A stretch of 62,755 nucleotides of DNA, counting the filler. It is 8 parts of 8 records of this genome, joined end to end, with 100 filler letters (N's around TTAATTAATTAA, not from the genome) between each part and the next. Parts side by side here need not be neighbours in the genome. Positions count along the whole stretch, not along the records: positions 1 to 17,359 come from SRR20825006_1793; positions 17,460 to 23,213 come from SRR20825006_1795; 6 more parts are not named here. One strand, given 5' to 3'. Below the pieces are notes generated by a model. That model ran no database searches, was not told the origin of the DNA, and worked only from the letters and a program-made list of their open reading frames with translations. Of the stretch, positions 10,124-19,460 are shown piece after piece. Both the position numbers and the translations under genes were made by a program. How positions within the stretch are numbered: position 1 is the stretch's first letter; the number at the start of each line of letters is the position of its first letter.

Positions 10124-11452
10124 CTATTCGGCCTTATTGGCTGATATCTTCTGGGCATACTCGCGGCGGATACGGGCGAAATAGTCAAGGCGCTTCTGGA
10201 TATCGCGCTCAAAACCGCGGGCAACCGGCTTGTAGAAGCCTTGCCGGTCCATCTCCTCAGGGAAATAATCCTGCCCTGAGATACCGCCTTCCGCGTCATG
10301 GTCATAGGCATAACCGTCCCCATACCCCAGGTTTTTCATCATTTTAGTGGGGGCGTTCAGGATATGAGCGGGCGGCATCAGGCTACCAGTCGCCTTGGCG
10401 CTGCGTTTTGCGGCTTTCTCGGCCACATAAGCGGCGTTCGACTTGGGCGCTGTGGCCAAATAAATCACCGCCTGTGCGATTTGCAGTTCACCTTCGGGGC
10501 TGCCCAAAAATTCATAAGTGTCTTTCGCGGCCAGAGCTTGATGAATAGCTTCGGGGTCAGCCATGCCGATATCTTCGCTTGCGAAACGAACAAGACGGCG
10601 GATCACATACATCGGGTCTTCGCCCGCTGTCAGCATGCGCGCCGCCCAGTAAAGCGCCGCGTCAGCGTCTGAACCGCGCAGCGACTTATGGAGCGCCGAG
10701 ATTAGATTATAATGGCCGTCCCGGTCCTTGTCATACGAAGGTGCCCGCTTCTGCAACAGCTGCGCGAGCGCTGCGGCATCAAGGGTTTCATCGCCCGCAA
10801 GATCATAAAGCGTTTCAATGCAGTTGAGCAGGAAACGCCCGTCCCCATCCGCCATTGCCTTGAGGGCTGTGCGGGCATCATCTGCCAGCGGCAGTTTTTT
10901 GCCGGTTTCAGCCTCGGCGCGAGCCATAAGTTCTTCAAGTGCTGCGTCGTCATGCCGGTTCAACACCAGCACCTGCATCCGCGACAAGAGCGCGCTGTTG
11001 ATCTCGAACGACGGGTTTTCGGTGGTTGCACCGATCAGGGTGATCGTGCCGTTCTCCACATAAGGCAGAAAGCCGTCCTGCTGCGAACGGTTGAAGCGGT
11101 GGATCTCATCCACAAACAGGAGCGTTCCGCGCCCGCTCATGCGGCGGGCTTTAGCTGCCTCAAACACTTTTTTAAGGTCAGCAACGCCTGAAAAAATAGC
11201 CGATATCTGCTCGAAAGCCAGGTCACCGTGCCCAGCCAGCAGACGCGCAATTGTGGTTTTTCCCGTGCCCGGTGGCCCCCAAAGGATAAGCGATGTGATG
11301 CGCCCAAGCTGGGCCATGCGCCCCAGGGCACCATTCGGCCCAAGCAGGTGATCTTGCCCAACAACTTCTTCCAGCGACTTGGGGCGCAGACGATCCGCGA
11401 GCGGACGCGGGGCCTCGTCCTCAAGCCCCGCATTTTCAAACAGATTGCTCAC
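10124..11452 (-). CDS. rarA: Replication-associated recombination protein A (RarA/MgsA)
   Basis: PLADRLRP, GPPGTGKTT, FVDEIHRF, ISALHKSLRGSD, EDIGMADP. Confidence 0.96.
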   Translation of the reverse strand: MSNLFENAGLEDEAPRPLADRLRPKSLEEVVGQDHLLGPNGALGRMAQLGRITSLILWGPPGTGKTTIARLLAGHGDLAFEQISAIFSGVADLKKVFEAAKARRMSGRGTLLFVDEIHRFNRSQQDGFLPYVENGTITLIGATTENPSFEINSALLSRMQVLVLNRHDDAALEELMARAEAETGKKLPLADDARTALKAMADGDGRFLLNCIETLYDLAGDETLDAAALAQLLQKRAPSYDKDRDGHYNLISALHKSLRGSDADAALYWAARMLTAGEDPMYVIRRLVRFASEDIGMADPEAIHQALAAKDTYEFLGSPEGELQIAQAVIYLATAPKSNAAYVAEKAAKRSAKATGSLMPPAHILNAPTKMMKNLGYGDGYAYDHDAEGGISGQDYFPEEMDRQGFYKPVARGFERDIQKRLDYFARIRREYAQKISANKAE

Positions 11453-11477
11453 GGCTCAGACCCTTTCGCCAAGCCGC

Positions 11478-12986
11478 TTACTGACGACACCGGAAAGACC
11501 GGTTCGGGATGATCATACATTCCTGAGCCTGTCCACGGCGCCGGATCTGGTAGACGTAGCGCTCTGCATCTTCCGCGAGCGCGGCATCAATATCTGCCAC
11601 ATACTCAATCCGGGTGCCATTGATACCAAGAAGGATATCGCCGGGGCTGAGGAACTGATAACGGCCCGCAGGGGTGCGGCGGTCAACTTCAAGCACAATC
11701 ACGCCCTTGAGGAACGGATCAACCTGCAGCTCATCATTGAAACGCGGCGACAGGTTGGCCACTTTCACACCCTGGAAGGGGTGTCTGCCATCCAGCACCG
11801 TGATGTTGCGCTTCGGGTCTTCCGGCGGCAACGCGAGCGTTACGGTACGTTCCTGAATGAAACCGTCGCTCAGTACGGCAAGCGTGACTTCTGCGCCCGG
11901 CTCCATTGTTGCGATACGGAAGTTGAGGCCCGGCTCGTCAATCACCTCTTTGCCGCCCACGGCCATAATCACATCACCCGCGCGCAGCTCGGCGAGTGAT
12001 GCTGGGCTGCCTGCAAACACATTATCAATGAGCACACCGCCCGCGCGGTCAAGCCCAAGGCTGGATGCAAGGTCACCTGTTACCGACTGGCCGTTCACTC
12101 CAAGCCAGGGCCGTACAAGTTGCCCCTCGTTCAATGCCGCACGCAGCACCGACTTCACCATATTGGCAGGCACGGCAAAGCCGATGCCATTAGACGCCCC
12201 CGTACGGCTGTAGATGGCGGTGTTGATGCCAAGAAGGTCACCGTTCATGCCAACAAGCGCACCGCCTGAGTTGCCGGGGTTTACGGCAGCGTCGGTCTGT
12301 ATGAAGAAGCCAAAATCTGAAATGCCCTGCTGTGTGCGTGCTGTCGCAGATACAATACCGCCGGTGACGGTTTGGCCAATACCAAACGGGTTACCAATCG
12401 CGAGCACGATATCACCCACAAGCACATTGTCTGAATCAGCGATCGCAAGGCTCGCGAGCTGCTCATCCCCCACATCGATCCGCAGAATAGCGAGGTCAGT
12501 GCGCGGGTCATCCAGCACAATGGTAGCTTCATATTCGCGGCGGTCAGCCAGCACGACCTGAATTTCGTCTGCACCCTCAATCACATGGTGGTTGGTCACG
12601 ATCACGCCGTTAGGCCGCACAATCACGCCCGACCCCAATGAGCCGCGCACGCGCTCCTCTGGCATACCAAAGCTGAACTGGTCACCAAAAAAACGCTGGA
12701 ACAGCGGATCATCAAACAGTGCCGAGCGGCGCGAGCGCACAACCTTTTTGGTATAGATGTTCACCACAGCAGGGGCGGCACGCGATACGAGCGGCGCGTA
12801 GGAAAGTTGTATTTGCGTGTTTGACTGCGGCACCGCGCGCTCAACATCATAGTCTTGCGCTGCCACACCCTTCATAGGCAAGAGCGCACCAAGAGCAAAA
12901 GTCATCGCGATCGATAGTTGTTTCACGGTCCGTAGCATCGGTACTGCATTCCTTTGTATTCTGGATAATAGGTTGCCAGTTTTCAT
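11478..12986 (-). CDS. Do/DegP/DegQ family serine protease with PDZ domains (start may be 12938)
   Basis: LGSGVIV, TNHHVI, QTDAAVNPGNSGG, two PDZ regions. Confidence 0.93.
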   Translation of the reverse strand: MKTGNLLSRIQRNAVPMLRTVKQLSIAMTFALGALLPMKGVAAQDYDVERAVPQSNTQIQLSYAPLVSRAAPAVVNIYTKKVVRSRRSALFDDPLFQRFFGDQFSFGMPEERVRGSLGSGVIVRPNGVIVTNHHVIEGADEIQVVLADRREYEATIVLDDPRTDLAILRIDVGDEQLASLAIADSDNVLVGDIVLAIGNPFGIGQTVTGGIVSATARTQQGISDFGFFIQTDAAVNPGNSGGALVGMNGDLLGINTAIYSRTGASNGIGFAVPANMVKSVLRAALNEGQLVRPWLGVNGQSVTGDLASSLGLDRAGGVLIDNVFAGSPASLAELRAGDVIMAVGGKEVIDEPGLNFRIATMEPGAEVTLAVLSDGFIQERTVTLALPPEDPKRNITVLDGRHPFQGVKVANLSPRFNDELQVDPFLKGVIVLEVDRRTPAGRYQFLSPGDILLGINGTRIEYVADIDAALAEDAERYVYQIRRRGQAQECMIIPNRSFRCRQ

Positions 12987-13144
12987 ATGCCCGTTATGGC
13001 GGAGACGGTGGCTTCGCGCAAGTTTCTACTTGGTGCGAGCCCCTGGCATTTTCAACGCCGCACCCTTGAGCGGGATCGTGGCGGAAGAATGGCATTACCT
13101 CAACTAGACTGTAAAACGCAAAGCCGCCACGCCCCACAAAATAT

Positions 13145-13174
13145 AAAAGGGGAGCCGCGATGCCTCCCCCTTTT
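13145..13174. terminator. Intrinsic terminator after GST
   Basis: AAAAGGGGAG...CTCCCCCTTTT hairpin. Confidence 0.7.
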
Positions 13175-13196
13175 CTCTCTGTGCTGTGGCCTTCAT

Positions 13197-13859
13197 TTAT
13201 GCGGTGGCTTGCAACTCGCCCTCACGGTCAAACGTGGCCAGTTGATCCGCCAGCGCTTTCTTGAAAGCCGGGCGAGCCTCGCATCGTTCTTTATAGGCTG
13301 TGAGATTTGGGTATTTTGACAGGATATCTGTATGCCGCAAAATGCGCAGTACAGTCACCATCATCAGGTCCCCTACCGTGAAGGTATCGCCGTCCAGATA
13401 CGTCTTGTCACCCAGCGCGTTAGAAAGGTCGGTCAAGCGCCCTTCAAGGCGCTCAATCACTGCCGGCCGCCGTTCTTTGGCCCAGTCTGCGTCGGCGTTG
13501 AAGATATCGATCTCCACCAGCCCCTGAATGGCTACCTCCATAGAATTGAGGGCGGCGATCATCCACGCCGTCGCGCGAGCCTTGCCATTGGCGTCGCCCG
13601 GCAGCAAAGCATTAGACTGTTCCGCAATATGCAGCGCGATGGCCCCTGATTCAAAAAGCTTCAAGTCACCGTCTTCAATCACCGGCACCTGCCCAAAAGG
13701 CTGGAGTGCCTTGTAGCTGTCGGTGAGCTTCTCTTCGTGGTTAATCACCTGCTCTTCATAAGGCAAGCCTGCTTCTTCAAGCGCCCAGCGCACCCTCAGG
13801 TCGCGCACCAGGCCTTTGGCAAAGTCTGGCACCCAACCAAAAACATATAGTTTCATCAT
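13197..13859 (-). CDS. Glutathione S-transferase
   Basis: RDLRVRWALEE, QPFGQVP, LFESGAI; GAGGA RBS before ATG 13859. Confidence 0.92.
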   Translation of the reverse strand: MMKLYVFGWVPDFAKGLVRDLRVRWALEEAGLPYEEQVINHEEKLTDSYKALQPFGQVPVIEDGDLKLFESGAIALHIAEQSNALLPGDANGKARATAWMIAALNSMEVAIQGLVEIDIFNADADWAKERRPAVIERLEGRLTDLSNALGDKTYLDGDTFTVGDLMMVTVLRILRHTDILSKYPNLTAYKERCEARPAFKKALADQLATFDREGELQATA

Positions 13860-13993
13860 GGTATATCCTCGTACGTTCAGGCCGGGCACCGTGTTGTGCG
13901 GCCCAGCAATTAACATCTGTACGCGTTCCCTGTATGGGATAATGCAGCACCCGGGCTTGCCTTGCTAGAGATATGCGGGGAAAAAAATAGTGA

Positions 13994-14524
13994 TCAGCCA
14001 GCCTGGGCTCTCAAATATTCACCAAGGAGGAGCGCACAGTCGAGGTCGACCAACTCGCCGGAGGCAAGCAGCTTGGCAAAATCAGCGCCTGAAAGCAGCA
14101 CCGGCTCTGCTACCATGTTAGGGTCTTCTTCGGGTGGCTGAACCTTGCGGCAGTTTGTCGCCAGATAGATATGTTTTTTCGCTGTGGAATAAGCGGTGAC
14201 ATAGGTGGTGGTCAGTTCCATGAAGTCACCGGCATAGCCGGTTTCCTCCATCAATTCCTTGCGCACAGTCTCAAGAGGGCTGTCTCCCTCGTCTATCATG
14301 CCGCCCGGCATGTCATAAACATAGCGGTCCGGGCCCGGCCTAAACTGGCGCACCATCAGGATTTCGCCATCTTCTGTGATCGCACCGCAAATGGCAAAGT
14401 CGGGCTCATGTTTCACATAGTAGCAGTAGTCTTTATCACCGTGCCTGTAGCGCTGCTCCACCACCTTCAGGTAAGGGTTGGAGTAGATCTCGCTTTCGCC
14501 CAGCCGCTTCACTTCAAAGCTCAT
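13994..14524 (-). CDS. NUDIX hydrolase (ADP-ribose pyrophosphatase-like)
   Basis: PGGMIDEGDSPLETVRKELMEETG Nudix box. Confidence 0.9.
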   Translation of the reverse strand: MSFEVKRLGESEIYSNPYLKVVEQRYRHGDKDYCYYVKHEPDFAICGAITEDGEILMVRQFRPGPDRYVYDMPGGMIDEGDSPLETVRKELMEETGYAGDFMELTTTYVTAYSTAKKHIYLATNCRKVQPPEEDPNMVAEPVLLSGADFAKLLASGELVDLDCALLLGEYLRAQAG

Positions 14525-14530
14525 GAAACC

Positions 14531-15139
14531 TCATTTCATTCGGGTGGCAATCATCACCCCTGTTGCCCAATCAAGACTGACAACGCGGATCGCCTCTCGC
14601 CGTGCCATATCGGCCACAAACGCATCCACTGTTGACTGATGCCCCGACGGCCAGTTCGGCTGTGGCAACAAGTCATCTACCACATACATACCACCGGGGG
14701 TGAGAAGCGCCAGAGTTTCATCCAGCAGCTTAAACTTCCCAGCCCATGTATCTGCGAAAATCAGGTCAAACTGTTGTGGGCCAAGCGCTTTGATAAAATC
14801 CTCGGCATCCTCACAGCATAGGGTAAGGCGTGGGTCATTGCCTAAATGCCGCTTGGCAACGTCCTGAAACTTGCGTTCCTTGTCCACGCTCACCAGCCGA
14901 CTCTCAGGCGAAAGGCCCGCCAGCATCCAGGCGGTTGAAAGGCCCGTGCCCGTGCCAAGCTCAAGGCATGTACCGCCGGGTTTGCTACCTGTCAGCGCCC
15001 GCAAAAGCGACCCCACGGAAGGGTCCGACGCCATATCAAACCCTAACGCCTTGGTTTCAACAGCAAGCGCCGAAAGCGTTTGCCCCAGTGTTTTCATAGC
15101 GCTTCCCGGTATCTGCTGCTGCCATTTCTCTAACCTCAC
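14531..15139 (-). CDS. Class I SAM-dependent O-methyltransferase
   Basis: LELGTGTGLS, FDLIFAD, VVDD; GGAGG before GTG 15139. Confidence 0.85.
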   Translation of the reverse strand: MRLEKWQQQIPGSAMKTLGQTLSALAVETKALGFDMASDPSVGSLLRALTGSKPGGTCLELGTGTGLSTAWMLAGLSPESRLVSVDKERKFQDVAKRHLGNDPRLTLCCEDAEDFIKALGPQQFDLIFADTWAGKFKLLDETLALLTPGGMYVVDDLLPQPNWPSGHQSTVDAFVADMARREAIRVVSLDWATGVMIATRMK

Positions 15140-15201
15140 CTCAATCCTCCGCTTGTGCCCGCGGCACACCCTTGTGCCCACCTGTCAGCAAGCACGCTAG
15201 A

Positions 15202-15230
15202 AAAGAAAAAGGGCGACCAGAAGGCCGCCC
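15202..15230 (-). terminator. Intrinsic terminator after PAP2 gene (copy of rplQ terminator)
   Basis: GGGCGGCC-TTCT-GGTCGCCC-TTTTT on minus strand. Confidence 0.8.
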
Positions 15231-15257
15231 CATAGAAGATTGTGGAAAATTCGTGGC

Positions 15258-16220
15258 CTAGTCGTGGCCACCACCCAAAGCGTGAGCTTTAGCAAAGCCT
15301 AGTTTCACAAATATAAACGGCGCCAAGAAAAGCCCGGCAGCCCCTGCCGCCGCATATCGGCCAAACTTGGCCAAATGTCCCATAAGCGACGCTCGCTCAA
15401 AGATCAGATCAGACAGCCAGCCAAAAAGCGCCAGCGTGGCTATAACACAGATCAAGGTCACCAGATGGCATAAACCCCGCTGCACAGCTGTGCCACTACC
15501 AGCCTCAAAACCCACATAACGCCGCTCTACAGGCTCAATGAGCAGAATAGCGGTCAGGAACCCCATAATGCCAATAACGGGCGTTGGCGGCTGGTTTAAA
15601 CTGTCCCCACCCAGTATCCATATGAGTAAGGTAGCTAAGACAAGCAGGCCCGCTTGGGTGGCAACTGCCTGCCGCTGCCAAACCTGGCCCAGCGATGCCG
15701 CATATCGCGCGCATATAAGCGCCAGCAAACCACCGAGCACCCAACCCAGCAGGATATCTTCAACATAGTGCACACCAAGATAAGGCCGGGACATGCTGAT
15801 CAGCAGGATTAGTGTCACTGCCGCGACTTTGGCCCAACGTTTCTTCACTTGGGTGGCCAGAAAGCCATAGAAGGCAGCAGCGCACATGGCGTGCCCCGAC
15901 GGTGTTGAATATTCAGCCACCAGATGGCGCGCGCGCTCAGCGGACGCTGCCCACATATCCATCCATTCGCCTTCTGCAACAAACGGGCGCGGGTTCATGA
16001 TGGCTGTTTTCAGCAAATGATTGAGGCAGAAGGTGATGAGCACAAGGATGGCAAGACGGAAGCCAAGCTCCCGATTGAAGGCAACATAGATGAGCGTTAC
16101 AACAAGGATATAGCCCTCAGCCTCCCCAAGTTCACTAAAAAGCTGGAAGAACTGTGTAAGCCCGTCGCTGCGATAGTTTGCAATCTCGCGCACCAGATCG
16201 GTGCCCCAAGGTAACTGCAT
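15258..16220 (-). CDS. PAP2 family membrane phosphatase
   Basis: K...PRP, PSGH, SRPYLGVHY..D. Confidence 0.9.
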   Translation of the reverse strand: MQLPWGTDLVREIANYRSDGLTQFFQLFSELGEAEGYILVVTLIYVAFNRELGFRLAILVLITFCLNHLLKTAIMNPRPFVAEGEWMDMWAASAERARHLVAEYSTPSGHAMCAAAFYGFLATQVKKRWAKVAAVTLILLISMSRPYLGVHYVEDILLGWVLGGLLALICARYAASLGQVWQRQAVATQAGLLVLATLLIWILGGDSLNQPPTPVIGIMGFLTAILLIEPVERRYVGFEAGSGTAVQRGLCHLVTLICVIATLALFGWLSDLIFERASLMGHLAKFGRYAAAGAAGLFLAPFIFVKLGFAKAHALGGGHD

Positions 16221-16289
16221 TATGCCCTCTCCCTCATGTGGCTGTAACGCGAAGACTGATGATCAGGGGTGCAGGGCGATTGTCAAGGC

Positions 16290-16318
16290 AAAGAAAAAGG
16301 GCGACCAAAAGGCCGCCC
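16290..16318 (-). terminator. Intrinsic terminator after rplQ
   Basis: GGGCGGCC-TTTT-GGTCGCCC-TTTTT on minus strand. Confidence 0.85.
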
Positions 16319-16345
16319 TCTAAAACCTGATGGTAAAAGCGTGGC

Positions 16346-16768
16346 TTACGCCGCGTCTTCTTCCATGTCCACGTCAGCAGATGGTCCGCTGTCCTGGCCT
16401 TTGGCTTCTTCGTTACGGTCAACAAGCTCGATAACAGCCATTGGCGCGTTATCGCCATGACGGAAACCAGCTTTGAGAACGCGGGTGTAACCACCAGCAC
16501 GCTCTTTGTAACGATCAGCAAGCTCGTCAAACATCTTCTTCACGAGTGTTTCGTCCTGCAGACGGGAAACAGCAAGGCGACGATTAGCAAGGCCACCTTT
16601 CTTCGCGAGCGTGATGAGCTTCTCAACGATCGGGCCAAGCTCTTTTGCTTTCGGCAGAGTCGTTACGATTTGCTCGTGTTTGATCAGCGCTTGGCTGAGG
16701 TTCTGGAACATAGCCTTACGGTGGCTAGCGGTCCTATTCAGTTTACGGCCGGCTTTACGGTGACGCAT
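16346..16768 (-). CDS. rplQ: 50S ribosomal protein L17
   Basis: [20 protein letters not shown]...[16 protein letters not shown]. Confidence 0.98.
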   Translation of the reverse strand: MRHRKAGRKLNRTASHRKAMFQNLSQALIKHEQIVTTLPKAKELGPIVEKLITLAKKGGLANRRLAVSRLQDETLVKKMFDELADRYKERAGGYTRVLKAGFRHGDNAPMAVIELVDRNEEAKGQDSGPSADVDMEEDAA

Positions 16769-16912
16769 GGTCTCACTCCTTGATGCCTGTCCGGCCTTGG
16801 GCAACCCTTAAGGTTTTCCTCTGGCGCCTAGTACCGGCAGGTGTCCCGCATACTCGCGGGAGGTTTTTAAAATGGAAGAAAAGCCCCTCACATGAGGGAC
16901 TTTTCCGGTTTC

Positions 16913-17359
16913 TTAGTAGTCTTGCTCAAGTTTCTTGGCGAGCTCTTCGATATTCTCAGGCGGCCAAGCTGGGAGTTCCATGCCAAGGCGCAGGCCCATG
17001 GACTGAAGAACTTCCTTGATTTCATTAAGCGACTTGCGACCAAAGTTTGGCGTCCGCAGCATCTCTGCTTCGGTTTTCTGAACGAGGTCACCAATGTAAA
17101 CGATGTTGTCGTTCTTGAGGCAGTTCGCGCTACGCACGGAAAGCTCAAGTTCATCAACCTTACGCAGAAGCTGACGGTTGAACGCTGGTTCGTCGTCGTC
17201 TTCCTGTTTGGTAGCTTCTTCAGGCTCGTCGAAATTAACGAAGATGGCCAGTTGGTCCTGAAGGATGCGTGCCGCAAAAGCAATTGCGTCTTCAGGCGTT
17301 ACTGTGCCGTCTGTTTCAATTTCCATGGTCAGCTTGTCATAGTCGAGAACCTGGCCCTC
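16913..17359 (-). CDS. rpoA: RNA polymerase alpha subunit, C-terminal part (5' truncated by contig end)
   Basis: [19 protein letters not shown]...[13 protein letters not shown]. Confidence 0.97.
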   Translation of the reverse strand, partial: EGQVLDYDKLTMEIETDGTVTPEDAIAFAARILQDQLAIFVNFDEPEEATKQEDDDEPAFNRQLLRKVDELELSVRSANCLKNDNIVYIGDLVQKTEAEMLRTPNFGRKSLNEIKEVLQSMGLRLGMELPAWPPENIEELAKKLEQDY

Positions 17360-17459
17360 NNNNNNNNNNNNNNNNNNNNNNNNNNNNNNNNNNNNNNNNN
17401 NNNTTAATTAATTAANNNNNNNNNNNNNNNNNNNNNNNNNNNNNNNNNNNNNNNNNNNN
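17360..17459. other. Artificial contig linker. Same linker at 23214-23313, 29481-29580, 37731-37830, 43147-43246, 48574-48673, 54652-54751.
   Basis: 100-nt N runs with central TTAATTAATTAA (stops in all six frames); GC content and gene taxonomy switch across each. Confidence 0.99.
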
Positions 17460-17493
17460 CAACACTTTTCCAGTATTTCTTGTTTGATGCCAT
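17460..17493 (-). CDS. actB: Start of alternative complex III subunit B (TAT-variant molybdopterin oxidoreductase-like), truncated
   Basis: MASNKKYWKSV directly downstream of actA. Confidence 0.7.
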
Positions 17494-17525
17494 ATTGCTA
17501 TCTGTAATTTTCCTTTAAAATTTTA

Positions 17526-18836
17526 TTAATAATGACATTTGCCACATTCCAATCCACCTAATTCGGCGATTGTTAATTTTTCAACTCCGTACTTTTTAGA
17601 AAGTTCTTCGTGTATTTTGGCGTAATATTCATTACCTCCCAAGTTAACATTGGTTTCTTTGTGACATTCAATACACCATCCCATGGTAAGTGGCGCAAAC
17701 TGACCAACAATTTCCATTTCCTTAACTTCTCCGTGACAGGTTTCACAAGAAACACCAGCAACGCTAACGTGCTGCGAGTGGTTAAAGTAAGCAAAATCAG
17801 GTAAGTTATGAATACGAACCCACTTCACAGGCTCCGTTTTTCCAGTGTATTTTTGTTCGGCAGCATCCCAGCCCACCGCTTTGTATAATTTGGCGATTTC
17901 GCCATCATAAAAATCTTTTGAATGATCTTCCGTTGCAGTTTCTGGAGCTACTTCTGAAATGTTTTTATGACAATTCATACAAACATTCAATGAAGGTATG
18001 CCCGAAGTTTTACTTTTTCTAGCAGAACTATGGCAGAAATTACAATCTATCTGGTTATCACCAGCATGTATTTTATGCGAAAAATGAATTGGCTGAACCG
18101 GAGCGTATCCTTGATCAACACCAACTTGCATCATATAACCATAAGCAAAATACCCCGCAGAAAGAATTAAGAAAAGTGAAAAAACCAAAACTAAAAACTG
18201 GTTTTGAACAAACGCTTTCCATATTGGAGTGCGCTCTTCTTTTTCTTCATAAACAACGCCATTGGCTTCAGCAATTTTCTTTAGTGTATTTGTTACCAAG
18301 AAAAGCATAATTACCAATAACAAGAAAATAACCGCTAAAGCTCCAAGCACTAATCCGTTTGAAACCCCACCACCAGTTGATTCGCTTGTCGTTGCAGTTG
18401 TCTCTGGTTGTGTAGGAGCAACTTTCTCTTGATCTGTATAAGCAAGAATATTATCGATATCAGTATTAGAAAGCGCAGGAAACGCAGTCATCACAGACCT
18501 ATTATTGTCTTCAAAAAGCTTAACAGCAACAGGATCGCCAGATGCAATTAACGCAGAACTGTTTTTAATCCACTTGTACATCCAATCTCTGTCATGCATT
18601 GCACCTATTCCTCGCAATGCTGGGCCAACAGCTTTTTTGTCAAGTTTATGACACGCAGCACAGTTTGATTTAAACAATGCTTCTCCCGCAGCAACATCTC
18701 CACCAGCATCGGCAGGAACTTCAGCTGACGGCGCAGCTGCATCCTGAGAATATAAGGCAGTTGAAAAAGTTAGTAAAAACACTAACAAAAGAAGTGGCAA
18801 TTTTGAGCGTAGATGTATAAAATTCACCTTTTTCAT
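17526..18836 (-). CDS. actA: Alternative complex III multiheme cytochrome c subunit A
   Basis: Six CxxCH motifs (CAACH, CNFCH, CMNCH, CETCH, CIECH, CGKCH): monoheme domain, 2 TM, then pentaheme domain with QPIHFSHKIH. Confidence 0.88.
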   Translation of the reverse strand: MKKVNFIHLRSKLPLLLLVFLLTFSTALYSQDAAAPSAEVPADAGGDVAAGEALFKSNCAACHKLDKKAVGPALRGIGAMHDRDWMYKWIKNSSALIASGDPVAVKLFEDNNRSVMTAFPALSNTDIDNILAYTDQEKVAPTQPETTATTSESTGGGVSNGLVLGALAVIFLLLVIMLFLVTNTLKKIAEANGVVYEEKEERTPIWKAFVQNQFLVLVFSLFLILSAGYFAYGYMMQVGVDQGYAPVQPIHFSHKIHAGDNQIDCNFCHSSARKSKTSGIPSLNVCMNCHKNISEVAPETATEDHSKDFYDGEIAKLYKAVGWDAAEQKYTGKTEPVKWVRIHNLPDFAYFNHSQHVSVAGVSCETCHGEVKEMEIVGQFAPLTMGWCIECHKETNVNLGGNEYYAKIHEELSKKYGVEKLTIAELGGLECGKCHY

Positions 18837-19034
18837 ACTAATGGTTAAATTATGGTCGATAGTTTGGAACAGAATTAGTTACGAATAATTGTAATTTCAA
18901 AGCTTATTCTGTGCCACAATTAAAGCCACAAAAGTACATTATAAAGTCGATTTTGAAAATGCAAACAAAGTGTTAACTATTAATTTATATTAGTTCTAAA
19001 TAATATTTTCGCACTTCACGAAGTTATTAAGTTT

Positions 19035-19042
19035 TACATTTG
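19035..19042 (+). promoter_or_regulatory. Bacteroidota -7 promoter element
   Basis: TACATTTG matches TAnnTTTG, 18 nt before the ATG. Confidence 0.5.
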
Positions 19043-19060
19043 CAGTAAATATAAATACAC

Positions 19061-19456
19061 ATGAATCCACTTATTTTTTCCAAACTTTTTATTGCCAGCA
19101 CATTATTAATTTTTATTTCTAGCAAAAGTTTTGCGCAAAATGCCACTTTAACGGTAAACCAAGATGCAAAAATTTCACAATTGCTCGATTTAAAAAAAGA
19201 ACTCGAAAAAACACGTGAGTTATCAGATGGCTATACCATACAGTTATATTATGGCGAATTGGATAAAGCAAACCAAATATTAAAAAAATACAAAGGGAGT
19301 TATAGCAATTGGCCTGCTTCTATTGAATATGAAACGCCAAACTACAAAGTTTGGGCGGGGAATTTTGCCTCTCGGATTGAAGCAGATAGAGCACTTCTTG
19401 AAATTCAAAAGAGCTTTTCATCCGCTTTTATTTTAAAACCTGAACGTAGAAAATAA
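19061..19456 (+). CDS. SPOR domain protein
   Basis: Signal peptide; GYTIQLY, PNYKVWAGNFASRIEADRAL. Confidence 0.85.
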   Translation: MNPLIFSKLFIASTLLIFISSKSFAQNATLTVNQDAKISQLLDLKKELEKTRELSDGYTIQLYYGELDKANQILKKYKGSYSNWPASIEYETPNYKVWAGNFASRIEADRALLEIQKSFSSAFILKPERRK

Positions 19457-19460
19457 TAAT

